Below, in pieces: positions 54,597 to 55,446 of a stretch of 55,446 nucleotides of DNA; the first letter of the stretch is position 1, and each line of letters begins with the position of its first letter. The stretch is from the IMG/VR virus record IMGVR_UViG_3300030430_001863, positions 1-55,446 of that record; one strand, written 5' to 3'. The translations under genes were made by a program, and so were the position numbers. The notes under the pieces were generated by a model. The model worked only from the letters and a program-made list of their open reading frames with translations. It was not told the origin of the DNA and searched no databases. Source of the stretch: a virus. Its lineage: Duplodnaviria > Caudoviricetes.

Positions 54597-55446
54597 TTTC
54601 TGTCTCCTTCTTTGGAATATGAACTTCGTTTTCGTCAAACTCTGGGACAAACCAGACACGAAGGTTTTGCCACCTGCCTGTCTTATCGTCTTTGAGTTTG
54701 TAGTAAGTGTTACAATCGCTGCCGTTGTTGAGTATCTTCAGCCGCTCCTGTATCTGTGGTCTGTTAAGTTGCACAAAGTTTCTTGAACGCAGAAACTCCT
54801 GCAACCCCTTCATTGTAAAGAACGTTAAGTCGTTCTCTGTCCACGGCTTACCAAGCCGTAGTTCTTCTGGTGCTCTCGCACGAATCCTGCTTGTGCAGTA
54901 TATCTCTAGCAGTTCTTCAAACTGCCCTGTTGTGGTCAACTCTTTCGGCACCTCGATGCTGGTAGCCGTTGACATCATATTATTAACAAGTTGTTGCCAG
55001 TCCCCTGGTTTCATGGTGGGTGGCATAAAATCAATCTGTTCCATGCATGCACGTTGGAACTGCAAAGGCATTTGAAGCTGTTCGGTAGACAACTCCAATC
55101 TCTGTCCGTTTACATCAATGAAGTATAAGCGCGGGTCTGATTTTAAGATTGTCAGTCCACCCATAGACGGAGCCGCAGCGGCACCACCAATACCGTGCTC
55201 CATTGTCCGACACTGATCACGGTTGCAATAACTGGACATTGGTTCTTCTTTGCACTTGTAGCCGTACTTGTCTTTCTCTATCGACCTCTGCAAAGTGACT
55301 ACTTCATCGGCTGGCATGGGCGGCTTGCATATCTTCTGGTTCCATGTCTCCAGCTTCTTCTTCCAATCATCTGGATACTTTTTACGCAAGAAGATGCCTG
55401 TGTGAAACATGGCATTGTTACGCATGCCCTGCGGTATGCCCATCAA
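54580..55446 (-). CDS. Primase C-terminal part (PriCT-like); continuation of 1..765
   Basis: G.RNNAMF, P....EV, Cys cluster, ends ENDIPF. Confidence 0.8.
   Translation of the reverse strand: MMGIPQGMRNNAMFHTGIFLRKKYPDDWKKKLETWNQKICKPPMPADEVVTLQRSIEKDKYGYKCKEEPMSSYCNRDQCRTMEHGIGGAAAAPSMGGLTILKSDPRLYFIDVNGQRLELSTEQLQMPLQFQRACMEQIDFMPPTMKPGDWQQLVNNMMSTATSIEVPKELTTTGQFEELLEIYCTSRIRARAPEELRLGKPWTENDLTFFTMKGLQEFLRSRNFVQLNRPQIQERLKILNNGSDCNTYYKLKDDKTGRWQNLRVWFVPEFDENEVHIPKKETENDIPF
55348..55445. repeat. Terminal direct repeat, right copy
   Basis: Identical to 1-98. Confidence 0.95.

Noticed and set aside
55348-55446. Terminal repeat as a biological DTR
   Set aside because: It lies mid-primase and its length fits an assembler k-mer overlap; treated only as evidence of circularity

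Overview
Apparently complete, circularly permuted ~55.3-kb tailed dsDNA phage genome. Bases 1-98 recur at 55348-55445, and the primase ORF reads across this junction. The gene set resembles marine short-tailed phages of the uvMED/HTVC023P-like group; this assignment and a likely alphaproteobacterial host are inferences. Modules: (i) leftward replication genes (AEP primase, SSB, AlpA-like HTH, UvrD helicase, family A polymerase) with an embedded rightward SNF2/Mom-like block; (ii) a leftward middle operon with a C5 methylase; (iii) a repeat-rich control region and small leftward early genes (8.6-13.6 kb); (iv) a long rightward late operon (terminase, portal, GroES, scaffold, capsid, basic proteins, tail, ejection proteins, lysozyme). 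No integrase, CRISPR or reverse transcriptase was recognised. Most notable: a candidate phage-encoded antisense/anti-Shine-Dalgarno RNA network, including a perfect 20-nt inverted match ~9.8 kb away; a uORF-in-terminator attenuator; a tRNA-like leader RNA; three distinct repeat systems; a duplicated array of seven 'GDLA' tail cassettes whose conserved C-terminal codons double as the next gene's RBS; an ATT-start or readthrough gene after the portal; and a shared Phi-x-x-GG motif in late proteins. All functional calls come from motif recognition by eye; no database searches were run.
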